Source of the DNA: Euryarchaeota archaeon UBA550
Lineage (GTDB): Archaea > Thermoplasmatota > Poseidoniia > Poseidoniales > Poseidoniaceae
DNA length: 46,932 nt
Reading direction: 5' to 3'
NCBI GenBank assembly: GCA_002506705.1
Contig: DAYA01000055.1
Location: 1 to 46,932, forward strand
Below are positions 8,315 to 17,497 of the stretch, piece after piece. The notes beneath the pieces were generated by a model. It was not told the DNA's origin. It saw only the letters and a list, made by a program, of their open reading frames with translations, and did no database searches. The translations under genes and the position numbers were made by a program. Every line of letters starts with the position of its first letter. Positions within the stretch are counted from its first letter, which is position 1.

Positions 8315-8866
8315 ATGTACAAAGTTGTCACAAAGGAAGATACCATTCGTATCCCTGCGGAATACATTCGCAAAGACAAATCATTGAACGAGCACATTGA
8401 CAGACTCGCTGCTTCAGCATTTGAGGGTAGATTCGATGAACAAAACCGTTTCGTTCTTGTAACCTCAAATCACGAACCAATGGACCGTGGAAGAATCATT
8501 CACGGTGATGGTGCCATCTATCAGAAGGTTAGATTTGATGCGGTACTGTTCTGCATCGAAGATTACGAGGTTGTCGAAGGAGCTGTATCTGAAGTCAATG
8601 ATTTCGGAGCGTTCGTTAGAATCGGACCAATGGAAGCGCTACTTCACAAGTCACAAATTATGGAAGACCACGTCGACATAAACGCGGGCATGGGTCTACT
8701 AGAAGGACGCCAGAGTGGACGAAAGTTGGGAGTCGGAAGTTCCGTTAGAGCAAGAATCGTATCTCTTTCACCAGACACAAGCGACCCACGTCGCTCAAAG
8801 ATCGGTTTGACATGCAAGCAAACCGGACTTGGTAGCCACGAATGGATCCATGAGGACCAGAACTGA
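8315..8866 (+). CDS. rpoE: DNA-directed RNA polymerase subunit E' (Rpo7)
   Basis: MYKVVTKEDTIRIPAEY N-terminus. S1 domain motif VSEVNDFGAFVRIGPMEALLHKSQI. GAGGTGA SD sits 5 nt before the ATG at 8315. The ORF-track start at 8252 adds an unsupported extension. Confidence 0.9.
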   Translation: MYKVVTKEDTIRIPAEYIRKDKSLNEHIDRLAASAFEGRFDEQNRFVLVTSNHEPMDRGRIIHGDGAIYQKVRFDAVLFCIEDYEVVEGAVSEVNDFGAFVRIGPMEALLHKSQIMEDHVDINAGMGLLEGRQSGRKLGVGSSVRARIVSLSPDTSDPRRSKIGLTCKQTGLGSHEWIHEDQN

Positions 8867-8881
8867 ATGGAGTGATTAAGA

Positions 8882-9085
8882 ATGGCAAAGAATCCATTTG
8901 CATGCAGTGAATGTCACATGATTTTACCCGATGGAGTTGACCAATGCCCCCATCATCCTGCGGCACCAGTTTCATCTGATTGGACGGGTTATGTTGTGGT
9001 AATGGACCCATCTCGCTCAGAAATTGCAAATCGCTTGAACATAGTGATACCAGGAAATTACGCACTCAAAGTAAACATCCGATGA
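8882..9085 (+). CDS. spt4: Transcription elongation factor Spt4 (RpoE'')
   Basis: 67 aa. Zinc-ribbon CSEC...CPHH, then SSDWTGYVVVMDPSRSEIANRL...GNYALKV, typical of archaeal Spt4. Conserved position after rpoE'. Confidence 0.85.
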   Translation: MAKNPFACSECHMILPDGVDQCPHHPAAPVSSDWTGYVVVMDPSRSEIANRLNIVIPGNYALKVNIR

Positions 9086-9098
9086 AGGAGGAATAAAA

Positions 9099-9434
9099 AT
9101 GGAAATTATTGACCGTAAGGAAAACCCACTATTGAACAGAGTAGAAATCGAATTCAGATGGAATCATGAAGGTGCAGCGACACCATCAAGAACGGATATG
9201 TTGAATGCTGTAGCATCCATTGAGCCAGGCTCTAACCGTGATTTGATCGTAATCAAGAATGTCAACACAAGATTCGGAATGGGTTCTACCACTGGGCTAG
9301 GACTTGTATACGCAGACAAGGAGTCAATGAAAGTTGAACCAACTTACATGCACGAAAGATTCGCTGAAATGCGTGCAGCAGAGCCAGAAGCTCCTGCTGA
9401 AGAACCAACCGATGCATCCGGAGGTGAGGAATGA
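9099..9434 (+). CDS. rps24e: 30S ribosomal protein S24e
   Basis: [28 protein letters not shown] matches S24e. AAGGAGGA SD is upstream. Confidence 0.9.
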   Translation: MEIIDRKENPLLNRVEIEFRWNHEGAATPSRTDMLNAVASIEPGSNRDLIVIKNVNTRFGMGSTTGLGLVYADKESMKVEPTYMHERFAEMRAAEPEAPAEEPTDASGGEE

Positions 9435-9604
9435 TGTCTGACGGCCCCAAAGCTGGTGCAAAGTGGTCAAAGTATGCTGTCGAAGATGGCAACCTTGTCA
9501 GAAAGTCAGAATTCTGTCCTCGATGTGGACCTGGTGTATTCCTTGCAGTTCACGCTGACCGCAAGTCTTGCGGAAGGTGTGGCTACACAGAAAAAATCGA
9601 ATGA
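9431..9604 (+). CDS. rps27ae: 30S ribosomal protein S27ae
   Basis: 57-aa ORF missing from the track because it is under 60 aa: [58 protein letters not shown]4 zinc ribbon. ATGA overlap with the S24e stop. Confidence 0.85.
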   Translation: MMSDGPKAGAKWSKYAVEDGNLVRKSEFCPRCGPGVFLAVHADRKSCGRCGYTEKIE

Positions 9605-9610
9605 TTTTTT
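9605..9610. terminator. T6 run between convergent S27ae and the 285-aa gene
   Basis: TTTTTT fills essentially the whole spacer between the two stop codons. Archaeal RNAP terminates at oligo-T. Confidence 0.3.
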
Positions 9611-10467
9611 CATCCACCCATATGAGGAGTTAATTGGCCCTGGTTGTCGATTACCATCCAGTTCTCGTTCTGCCTCAAGATCTGTACACCTAGGTCGTTC
9701 CTAGAAACAGACTCGCCTCTCAACATTATGTCCTCACGCCAAGAAATGATTCTCCAATCATCTCCATCGAAAACCGCATCTTGGATGGTACCTCTTAATT
9801 TCCTAGCAACTGAAATTTCTCCATCTACAATTTCCCATGCCCACCCATCTTTTGATGAGAGTAAAAATCTATTCGAGTGGGAGTAAACCATCTCTAAATC
9901 ACATTCGATTTCCAACGATTTTTCATCGAGTATATCACCACCTTGAAGCGATATGATTCGATACTTACCTCCTCTTGTCCAGACATATACCTCATCCCCG
10001 ATAATATGGATTGATGTTACATCATCAGAGCGTGGTGGGGATTTGAGTTCGCTGTCAAACAAAGGCAGACGCCAAATCTCGTTATCATTAGAGTCGATAC
10101 AATAAATTCCTCTAGTCCATAATGCGAATATTATTTTGTCATCTTTGGCAGTAAGAGCTAGTGGTTCAGCATCGACAATGTGACACCAGGTTGAACTTGC
10201 GACCATAGCAGTGTTTCGATTGAGCCTAAGTTCGGCTTTGGAGATTCCATTTTCAATAGGTTCTCCTGTTGATAACAATGCCATTCTGGCCAACCTTAAC
10301 TCATGGTCAACCCAAGTAGCAACAATTCCCTTGTCGCACATTGCAGCGTGTGAGATCTCACTTGGAAATGGTGCTGAAGTAACTCCTTTGACGGTTATTT
10401 TCCCATCAACATCAATCACTAAATCCCCTTCTTTTGTTTGGAATATCTTCCAAGGGGCGCTCTCCAT
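9610..10467 (-). CDS. Hypothetical protein, beta-propeller-like repeats (285 aa)
   Basis: Periodic beta-strand/Trp pattern: IVATWVDHEL, IIFALWTRGIYCID, VYVWTRGGKYRII, WAWEIVDGE, WRIISWRED, WMVIDNQGQ. No signal peptide. Confidence 0.55.
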   Translation of the reverse strand: MESAPWKIFQTKEGDLVIDVDGKITVKGVTSAPFPSEISHAAMCDKGIVATWVDHELRLARMALLSTGEPIENGISKAELRLNRNTAMVASSTWCHIVDAEPLALTAKDDKIIFALWTRGIYCIDSNDNEIWRLPLFDSELKSPPRSDDVTSIHIIGDEVYVWTRGGKYRIISLQGGDILDEKSLEIECDLEMVYSHSNRFLLSSKDGWAWEIVDGEISVARKLRGTIQDAVFDGDDWRIISWREDIMLRGESVSRNDLGVQILRQNENWMVIDNQGQLTPHMGG

Positions 10468-10531
10468 GATGGTGCCAGCAGGACATTGATTGTAACAATT
10501 GCTTCAAAAATCATCATGCCTACGCATTAAC

Positions 10532-11446
10532 ATGGTGAGCCTTATTCTTGTGTCCGGAGGCGACATCGCTTCTACTAATCAGGCTCATGAATTGTTGAAA
10601 ATGTGCGATTGGGAGGAGTTAGATCCTGTAGAAGGACGAAGTGCATATTCCTACAAACATGCCAGAATGTGGTGGGTTGAAGACGGGTGTCTGTGGGAAG
10701 ATGACTTAGACAAAAGGTGGACAAAATTGACTGGCGAAGTGCCATCTGAGATTATTTTTCCATCAAGACACTCTGCAGCAAGCGGCAATGCTTCACTTAC
10801 ATTACACCCAATTGGCACAATGCAAGTGCCGTCTGATGTTACTCCGGATTATGGCGGTAAACCCGCAGATTGTCCTCCACCAAATCCTCGGCTAGCTGCA
10901 TGGTGGAGGGAGTTGAACCGTGTTGGTGCTGATTTCGATGGTTTTGATTTGTCTCTAGAAACAACTCATCACGGCCCCTGGATTGAAACGCCATCCATGT
11001 TTATTGAAATCGGGAGTACCTCAGCAACTTGGGGTCATGCGAAGGCTGCTGAATTGTTAGCAGGCATAATCTATCGAGGTCTTGGACTAGATGGTGGTGA
11101 AAGTTTGGGAGAATGGAATGGTGAAGGGCAAGTTGTGGTCACTCTAGGTGGAGGTCACTATGCTCCGAGAGCTAACATGTTAGGAATGCACGAACATGTG
11201 TGGATAGGACACATGCTTGCAACCTATGCACTTCCATTCGAGAAAGATGAATCAGGGGAAATTTCTGGTATGTGGGAAAATAGTATTCGCAAAGCCATTG
11301 AAGCAACAAGGAAGGGATTCCCTGGCGGGGAAATTGTTTGTAGCATGGATAAGAAGGCATTCAAAGGCTGGCAGCGACAGGCTATTCGTGACTTACTGGA
11401 AGAACTAGAAATCCCGCTATTAAAAAGTGCACAAATCATTGGATGA
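10532..11446 (+). CDS. dtdA: D-aminoacyl-tRNA deacylase, archaeal DtdA type
   Basis: MVSLILVSGGDIASTN N-terminus, SRHSAASGNASLTLHPIG, and TTHHGPW...IEIGST motifs. The ATG at 10532 is preferred over the TTG at 10499. Confidence 0.85.
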   Translation: MVSLILVSGGDIASTNQAHELLKMCDWEELDPVEGRSAYSYKHARMWWVEDGCLWEDDLDKRWTKLTGEVPSEIIFPSRHSAASGNASLTLHPIGTMQVPSDVTPDYGGKPADCPPPNPRLAAWWRELNRVGADFDGFDLSLETTHHGPWIETPSMFIEIGSTSATWGHAKAAELLAGIIYRGLGLDGGESLGEWNGEGQVVVTLGGGHYAPRANMLGMHEHVWIGHMLATYALPFEKDESGEISGMWENSIRKAIEATRKGFPGGEIVCSMDKKAFKGWQRQAIRDLLEELEIPLLKSAQIIG

Positions 11447-11481
11447 AAACGGTCAATAGTCGCCTACACTGCCGCTAGGTC

Positions 11482-12459
11482 ATGGTAGGGTTGTTCTCGC
11501 GCATGGTCGTGGCAATGACCATACGTATGCCACGCTGGTTTGTTGGATGGGTCAGTAGAAGATATGTTGCAGGTCCAACACTTGACGACGCCGTGAAGGT
11601 CATGAAGCGGCTTTCCAAAGAAGGAGCCTGCTTTACAATCGATGTTCTGGGTGAAGAAATCAGTACAATGGAAGAGGCTCAGTTTTTCTTGGAAGAGTAT
11701 CAAAGAGTGGTATCAGCTATCATCGACAATGACCTTGACTCTAACCTATCAATAAAGCCAACAGCATTTGGTCTGCTATTGGACAAAGATAAGGGTATGG
11801 AGAATATTGAAGCAATCGTAAAAATGGCTCATGGATATGACATGTTCGTACGCTTAGACATGGAGGACCACCGTGTCACTGATGATACAATCCAAGTTAT
11901 GCTTGACATGCATGAAAAAGGTCTAACGAATGTCGGAGTCGTTCTTCAGGGCAGATTGTTCAGAACTCTAGACGATATCAAGAGCATCGAGGAGAAGATA
12001 GGGCCTAATGCTGACTATCGCATATGTAAGGGTATATACCTAGAGCCAGAGCAAATAGCACATTCAACTCGGCAGCCAATAATTGATGCTACGAATCAGT
12101 GTATTGATGCTATGCTGGATTCTGGTGCATATGTTGGCATTGCTAGCCATGACCACCCTGTCATTAACCACACATTGACTGCACTAGAATCAAGAGGAAT
12201 GGGACCAGGAAAAGAAGATCCACGTTCAAACGCAGGCCCCGCTAGAAAGCAAAAAGGTCCGGGATATGAATTCCAGATGTTACTCGGTGTAAGAGGGCCA
12301 CTACGCCGGAAATTGTGCAATCAAGGACATACAACTCGAGTTTACATTCCGTATGGCGAAAAGTGGTATGAGTATTCAATTCGAAGATTGAAGGAGAATC
12401 CAACAATCGGAACTCAGGTTGCGAAGGCTTTCCTTATGCCATGGACAAATCGTCCATAA
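11482..12459 (+). CDS. Proline dehydrogenase
   Basis: ICKGIYLEP, FQMLLGVR and YIPYGEKWYEYSIRRLKENP are typical of the ProDH TIM-barrel C-terminus. Confidence 0.85.
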   Translation: MVGLFSRMVVAMTIRMPRWFVGWVSRRYVAGPTLDDAVKVMKRLSKEGACFTIDVLGEEISTMEEAQFFLEEYQRVVSAIIDNDLDSNLSIKPTAFGLLLDKDKGMENIEAIVKMAHGYDMFVRLDMEDHRVTDDTIQVMLDMHEKGLTNVGVVLQGRLFRTLDDIKSIEEKIGPNADYRICKGIYLEPEQIAHSTRQPIIDATNQCIDAMLDSGAYVGIASHDHPVINHTLTALESRGMGPGKEDPRSNAGPARKQKGPGYEFQMLLGVRGPLRRKLCNQGHTTRVYIPYGEKWYEYSIRRLKENPTIGTQVAKAFLMPWTNRP

Positions 12460-13248
12460 TCAACGTCGCTTCTTTTTTTGGCGTCTACCGGGCCTTTGCT
12501 GCTTCGGCTTTCCAGATTTTTCCGCATCAGGAACGATAGGGTTCGGATTGTCACCTAGTCTACCTTCTTTCCACGCTTGTCTTCTTTCTCTAGGTGTCCG
12601 TGGAACATTTTCTTCTGGTCTTGGGGGCTCATGCAAGTATATTCTCTTGATATCGTGAGCAGGAACCCTTCCTGTCATAGTTCTGCCAGCACCGGTGTGA
12701 ATGGCTCGAATTTTCCATTTTGAGCCTTGGTGTTCCATTATTGAACCCGCTTTGAACATTTTTTCTCTTTCTACAAATATTGAATCACTATCTGAGAATT
12801 CTCCGCGTGTTAGGGTAAGTCTGACCATCACAACGTCAGACCTTACTGCGTTTGCTCTACCAATTTTTGCAGCAACAAGTTTCCTTCTAGAATTCCCAGT
12901 CTTTGTTTCGATTCTATTTATCTCCCAACTAGCATCATCGTGCTCAAAGATGTCACCAACGTGGAGTTCTTCATCGTCGTCAATTTCTATTTCTTGAGTT
13001 CGGGTGAATGCTCCCTCACTCAGCAAGAAAGGAATCATAACAGGCTTTGGTGGGCGTAACTCTAGTGTGTGTACGTGACCACACTCATCACATTTTAGGA
13101 GGTAGTTTGTACCTTCACCTGCCTTCCTCTCCTTCAGAATCTGGTGTCCGCAGAATTCTCCACAGCCAGGGCAGTCTGTGACATTCTCGACCAATTCGTC
13201 CTCGACATACTCGTCTTCCAAGGTCACTCCTCCCTTTGTCCGGGCCAT
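12460..13248 (-). CDS. HVO_0476-family zinc-finger protein with a strongly basic C-terminal tail
   Basis: CPGCGEF...HQILKE...LKCDECGHVHT zinc ribbon and a KRIYLHE motif. Tail ...KPKQQRPGRRQKKKRR. The start is set at MARTKGG (ATG 13248). The longer ORF-track start would overlap the divergent neighbour. Confidence 0.7.
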   Translation of the reverse strand: MARTKGGVTLEDEYVEDELVENVTDCPGCGEFCGHQILKERKAGEGTNYLLKCDECGHVHTLELRPPKPVMIPFLLSEGAFTRTQEIEIDDDEELHVGDIFEHDDASWEINRIETKTGNSRRKLVAAKIGRANAVRSDVVMVRLTLTRGEFSDSDSIFVEREKMFKAGSIMEHQGSKWKIRAIHTGAGRTMTGRVPAHDIKRIYLHEPPRPEENVPRTPRERRQAWKEGRLGDNPNPIVPDAEKSGKPKQQRPGRRQKKKRR

Positions 13249-13313
13249 TCGTTTTACCTTTGAGCCTGTCGGCGAATAACAATGCTTGAGAAGTGGAGGC
13301 GTGAGCGGCAAAC

Positions 13314-13994
13314 ATGCGCGAGGATGTGTTGGCAGCCATCCTTGCAGCGGACAAGGACTTATCGCGTGATGAACCTGAGGTTGCAGCAAATATTGGAAAA
13401 CAATTGGAACATATGGGACTCTCTACTTGGTCAATCTCTGTTAGAAGAAGAATTAGGGATGCGATTGCAAGGGTTGAGCCCAAGTTCATAATCCAAACAG
13501 GAGCAGCTATCGGCCATTTGACTGCATGGATTTTAGATTACTTCGAAGGAAAAGAAGGATTAGATAAATTTCAAATTGTTGAGGAAGGAAACAGGTTTGC
13601 TGTTATCTTGACACGATTGTGTCAGAGATACTCTGAAGTTCCTACCAGCATAGTAGTGGGTACACCTTCTCTTCTGACTAGCGAGCTGAAAGCTTGGAAT
13701 ATCTCGAAAGTAGGAGATCCGCCAATTTTAGAAAAAGCGGATGTGATAATTGTTGACGCACCCATGGAAAGGTTGGCAGAGGATGTTGGCTCAATGCTTC
13801 CACTGCTAAACAAAAATGGTGTATTGTTCACTGTAGAACCCGAACCACCAGTGGGTGATAGAGAAGAAGATGATTCCGAAGTTGTTGGATTCAATAAATG
13901 GATGGATTTGATTAGAGATTCAAATGAAACACATCATATCGCATTTGCACCACTATTTGGTGGTACAATAGTTGCTTGGTTACCTAAGAGTTAG
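13314..13994 (+). CDS. Putative class I SAM-dependent (O-)methyltransferase-like protein
   Basis: IIQTGAAIGHLTAWIL (motif I-like), ADVIIVDAP, and LLNKNGVLFTVEP (motif III/IV-like). Weak family-level call only. Confidence 0.5.
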   Translation: MREDVLAAILAADKDLSRDEPEVAANIGKQLEHMGLSTWSISVRRRIRDAIARVEPKFIIQTGAAIGHLTAWILDYFEGKEGLDKFQIVEEGNRFAVILTRLCQRYSEVPTSIVVGTPSLLTSELKAWNISKVGDPPILEKADVIIVDAPMERLAEDVGSMLPLLNKNGVLFTVEPEPPVGDREEDDSEVVGFNKWMDLIRDSNETHHIAFAPLFGGTIVAWLPKS

Positions 13995-15096
13995 ACGACG
14001 CTAGAGAAATTAGTTCATCCATTTGAAGCAAACCATAACCGTAGTAGTCATCGTGGTTTTCCTGGCCACCTTTCTTTTGTGAGGAATCTGCAATCCACTG
14101 TTTCAAGTTGTCCAACATATCTGTCCCTGAATCTTTGAGGTTAGGATTTGCTTCGAACATTAATGCAATTGCGCCAGTGACATATACCGTAGCAGCACTT
14201 GTACCAGATGAAAGTCCCCAGTTGTTCCCTGGCATAATCACAGGTACTTTGTGTCCCGGTGCGACGACTTCTGGTTTCTCATCAGGGCTATTTCTTGGCA
14301 TCATCGGCGGCCATAGTCTTCCATTGTTGTCTCCAACAGAAGAACCACTCCAAATGTTTCCGTTTGAATCAACACCACCAACGCATATTACAGTGTCAAC
14401 GATTCCTGGAGATGCGACATCTCCATCATCATTCGCACCACCGTCGTTACCTGCTGCCGCAACGACCACAATTCCCGCATTGTATGCATTTTCAACCGCA
14501 TCTTCAACTTGGTCGCCGAGAATTATTGAGAATCCAGATGCATTACCACCTAGGGAGAGTGAAATTATGTTGACATCTTTAGCAATACACCAGTTTATTG
14601 CCTCTGCTACAGTTTCGTCATTACCCTCTCCATTTCCTGATAGTGCCTTGGCTACATACAAATCAACGTCAACTGCTAGACCGGTAAGTGAACCATCTGC
14701 AACTAAGATTCCTGCCATCATTGTACCATGCCCGTTATCGTCATATGGATCATCTCCATTACCAATAAAATCAGACCAACCTGCGAGGTTTAATTCTGAC
14801 AAGTCGTCATGGGCCATGTCTATCCCTGAGTCTACCATGCAAACACTCACACCATTACCTGAGTAGTCATCTACTAGGTCATATTGAACGAGTCTGTCGA
14901 AATCTTCCTCTTTTTCTAGGACAAGTGCTGAGGGGCCCGATAGGCTGATTTCTCCAGTGTATATCATGTAAGCAAATATTCCAACTGCAATAAGAAGAAC
15001 GCAGGAAGCAAAAACTGTCAGTTGCTTGATGAAATCTAGGTCGGTTTCTAGTTCTCCATCGGGAATATGAGGAGCAGGCTGCACGTTATCACCCAA
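13984..15096 (-). CDS. Membrane-anchored S8 subtilisin-like serine protease
   Basis: Catalytic triad motifs VCMVDSGID, HGTMMAGIL and SGTSAATVYVTGA. N-terminal TM VFASCVLLIAVGIFAYMIY. Start is TTG 15096 or GTG 15084; there is no upstream ATG. Confidence 0.85.
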   Translation of the reverse strand: MGDNVQPAPHIPDGELETDLDFIKQLTVFASCVLLIAVGIFAYMIYTGEISLSGPSALVLEKEEDFDRLVQYDLVDDYSGNGVSVCMVDSGIDMAHDDLSELNLAGWSDFIGNGDDPYDDNGHGTMMAGILVADGSLTGLAVDVDLYVAKALSGNGEGNDETVAEAINWCIAKDVNIISLSLGGNASGFSIILGDQVEDAVENAYNAGIVVVAAAGNDGGANDDGDVASPGIVDTVICVGGVDSNGNIWSGSSVGDNNGRLWPPMMPRNSPDEKPEVVAPGHKVPVIMPGNNWGLSSGTSAATVYVTGAIALMFEANPNLKDSGTDMLDNLKQWIADSSQKKGGQENHDDYYGYGLLQMDELISLASSNS

Positions 15097-16303
15097 GTGC
15101 TTCTACCGCTTCAACCAATGTTTCTGCGAACAACCTAACTTCATCCTCTGTGTTGTACAGATATGCACTTGCCCGAAGAGAGCCTCGATCTAATCCCTTG
15201 TTATTGAACCACGAATGAACGCAGTGCATTCCACTGCGAACCATTACGCCAGCAGCCTCGTCGAGTAAAATCGCAATGTCATGAGCGTCAATGTTGTCTA
15301 ACAAAATTGAACAAATTCCTCCACGCTTTGCTGCATCTTCTGGTCCAATTATACTCAGTCCATTGACATCTTTCAATACAGACGTCATAACTTTGTTCAA
15401 TTTGACCTCGTGTTCGTGAACGTCATCTAAATTAATCTTTGAAATGTAATCGATGGCAGCATTGGTACCTAGAATTCCAGCATAATTACCCAAACCCCCT
15501 TCAAATTTTGCTGGTGGTTTTGACCAAACCATTGAATCGTAATGCGAGGTCTCTACGGTACTACCTCCAGATTGTATGGAACGCATGTTTTCCAACAAGT
15601 CCATTTTCCCCCATAGACCACCCATTCCAGAAGGGCCCATCATTTTGTGAATTGAAAATGCCATGAAATCTATTCCTAAGTCTTGAACATCTACCTTCAT
15701 GTGTGGAGTTGATTGAGCTCCATCAATACAAACTAACGCTCCGTGGTCCTTCGCAATCTTTGCAGCTTCTTTTACAGGTGTTGCAACACCATCCAAATTT
15801 CCAACATGGGATAAAGAGACCATCTTCAAGTTCTTTCCAGCTTCCGCACATGCATTTTCGAAATTCTCCATGCTGAATGTATTATCTTCGTTTGACTTTA
15901 CGACCCTGTGGTCTACACCTTTCTCTTCCTCTAGTTGTAACCATGGGACGAGGTTTGAATTATGCTCACGGTCTGTAGTTAAGATCACGTCACCCTTTTC
16001 CCAGTTTAGCCCTTTAGCCACTTGGTTGAGAGAGTGTGTTGCGTTTTTGGTGAAAATGATCTCATTTGATTCATTTGCATTGAATAATTTCCCAAGATTA
16101 TTCCTACAGTTTACCATTTTTCTAGATACCGTTGTTGCATATCTGTGAACAGATCGGCCACCGCACCCTGGAGATTCTTCGTAGTATGAACGGATAGCCT
16201 CGATTACAGAGTTTGGCCGTAATGTCATGCATGCATTGTCTAAGTAAACAGGAGCATTTTCCCCTGAAAGAGTAGGGAAATCTTCCCTGAGGTTTCCAAA
16301 CAT
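15089..16303 (-). CDS. Cysteine desulfurase (class V aminotransferase, SufS/CsdA-like)
   Basis: PLP-lysine motif AFSIHKMMGPSG, catalytic Cys motif RSGMHC, and N-terminus FPTL...VYLDNA. AAGGAGG SD lies inside the end of the upstream gene. The ATG shares one nt with the upstream TGA. Confidence 0.85.
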   Translation of the reverse strand: MFGNLREDFPTLSGENAPVYLDNACMTLRPNSVIEAIRSYYEESPGCGGRSVHRYATTVSRKMVNCRNNLGKLFNANESNEIIFTKNATHSLNQVAKGLNWEKGDVILTTDREHNSNLVPWLQLEEEKGVDHRVVKSNEDNTFSMENFENACAEAGKNLKMVSLSHVGNLDGVATPVKEAAKIAKDHGALVCIDGAQSTPHMKVDVQDLGIDFMAFSIHKMMGPSGMGGLWGKMDLLENMRSIQSGGSTVETSHYDSMVWSKPPAKFEGGLGNYAGILGTNAAIDYISKINLDDVHEHEVKLNKVMTSVLKDVNGLSIIGPEDAAKRGGICSILLDNIDAHDIAILLDEAAGVMVRSGMHCVHSWFNNKGLDRGSLRASAYLYNTEDEVRLFAETLVEAVEALG

Positions 16304-17436
16304 CACCAAGCCTCCTTATCGGGTATGTAGTCTACAACAGGGCTGTTTAGTCCACACTCTGAACAAGTGTATCTAGTGGGGTATGTTTCTTCACAGCCTA
16401 TGCATATTTCCCCAGCGACGCCTCGACTATTACAATCTGAATTTGCACAATCAACGAGTGTTTCCCCCTTTTCGTTTTGGCTGATTGGAGCGTTTGCATT
16501 ACAGGCTGGACATTCTCCCTCTGTAGCAAGAATGACTCCTTCAATAAGCAAATCCGCATCTGCTGCTGCTGCTGCCTTTGTCTGAACTTTAGCTCCTTCA
16601 CCCAACATTCGCTGGGGAAACCACAGCATGTGCATCAATGTGTAGATTAGAGCAACACCAGTGATTAGATGGATGAAGTAAACACCGTAGTCTTCCACAG
16701 TCCTGTCTGCGATGAAATGTGCCCCAGACCAGCCATTAATGACCATGAGAACAACCCACATCACGACCATTGTCGTCCACGAAAACAAACTATGCTCTAC
16801 CATTGCCTCTTCCATAATTCTTACATCTGTATGAACATGGTTCTCCTGAACATGGTAATCTCGTGTTTCAGTTACCGCCTTCCAGAAGAAGTATGTGAAG
16901 AAGCAACCAACTGCGGTAAGCATGACTCCACCCAGCGCATCACCTAAACTAGCACCAATTGGGAAACTCGGAGAACTTACATGAAGTACTACTTGAGATA
17001 AGAAAATCGAACCCCAAATTATGATTATGTTGATGACGTGTCCGCGCATAATCGGAAAATTTACCGAAATCTGAACAAAGAACCAAACCCATAGTATCCC
17101 TGAAATTATTAATTGGAAAAACGCAAATCCACCAATGCCTGCCAAGCCATCCAGACCAGTGACTTTTGGGTCTCCCCCAGCATACAAATCTGTAGAAACA
17201 GAGCCAAGTAGGAATGCCGCAATTCCTGTCAGCATAGTCAAAATATGAGGCTGTCCCCATTCACGTCTGAGTAATTTGAACTGAAATTTCCATTCGTGGC
17301 GAAGCTTGTCAACCGACTTGAAAATCGGATGTAAATCTGCAAATTCCTTGTCTAGAACTATATCCGCTAGGCGAAATGGCATGTCTCCATGAGTTTCTGC
17401 GGAGATTTCTATCTCTCCCGAGAACTCTTCCGCCAT
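16303..17436 (-). CDS. Polytopic membrane protein with C-terminal double zinc ribbon
   Basis: About 7 hydrophobic helices, then CPAC...CANSDC and CIGC...CSEC. Start is uncertain: ATG 17436 is preferred, GTG 17526 is possible. Confidence 0.6.
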   Translation of the reverse strand: MAEEFSGEIEISAETHGDMPFRLADIVLDKEFADLHPIFKSVDKLRHEWKFQFKLLRREWGQPHILTMLTGIAAFLLGSVSTDLYAGGDPKVTGLDGLAGIGGFAFFQLIISGILWVWFFVQISVNFPIMRGHVINIIIIWGSIFLSQVVLHVSSPSFPIGASLGDALGGVMLTAVGCFFTYFFWKAVTETRDYHVQENHVHTDVRIMEEAMVEHSLFSWTTMVVMWVVLMVINGWSGAHFIADRTVEDYGVYFIHLITGVALIYTLMHMLWFPQRMLGEGAKVQTKAAAAADADLLIEGVILATEGECPACNANAPISQNEKGETLVDCANSDCNSRGVAGEICIGCEETYPTRYTCSECGLNSPVVDYIPDKEAW

Positions 17437-17480
17437 AGTGGGGCCTGACTGTTTTCCCTTTGAGTCATTTCGGTCGTTTG

Positions 17481-17497
17481 CACCTCCTACGGAGGTG
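17481..17497 (-). promoter_or_regulatory. CACCTCC-GTA-GGAGGTG hairpin (SD paired with an anti-SD mimic)
   Basis: Perfect 7-bp stem with a 3-nt loop, ending 44 nt upstream of ATG 17436. The 3' arm is a consensus SD. Confidence 0.35.

Noticed and set aside
9456-9704. 82-aa + strand ORF after S24e
   Set aside because: It is out of frame with, and overlaps, the recognisable S27ae gene (9431-9604) and the 3' end of the convergent 285-aa gene.
13249-13389. 47-codon N-terminal extension of the zinc-finger protein
   Set aside because: It would overlap the divergent methyltransferase-like gene by 76 nt. The family-typical sequence begins at MARTKGG.
14108-14866. 252-aa ORF antisense to the S8 protease (also 14259-14573)
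   Set aside because: Same reasoning. The subtilase catalytic motifs on the minus strand explain the region.
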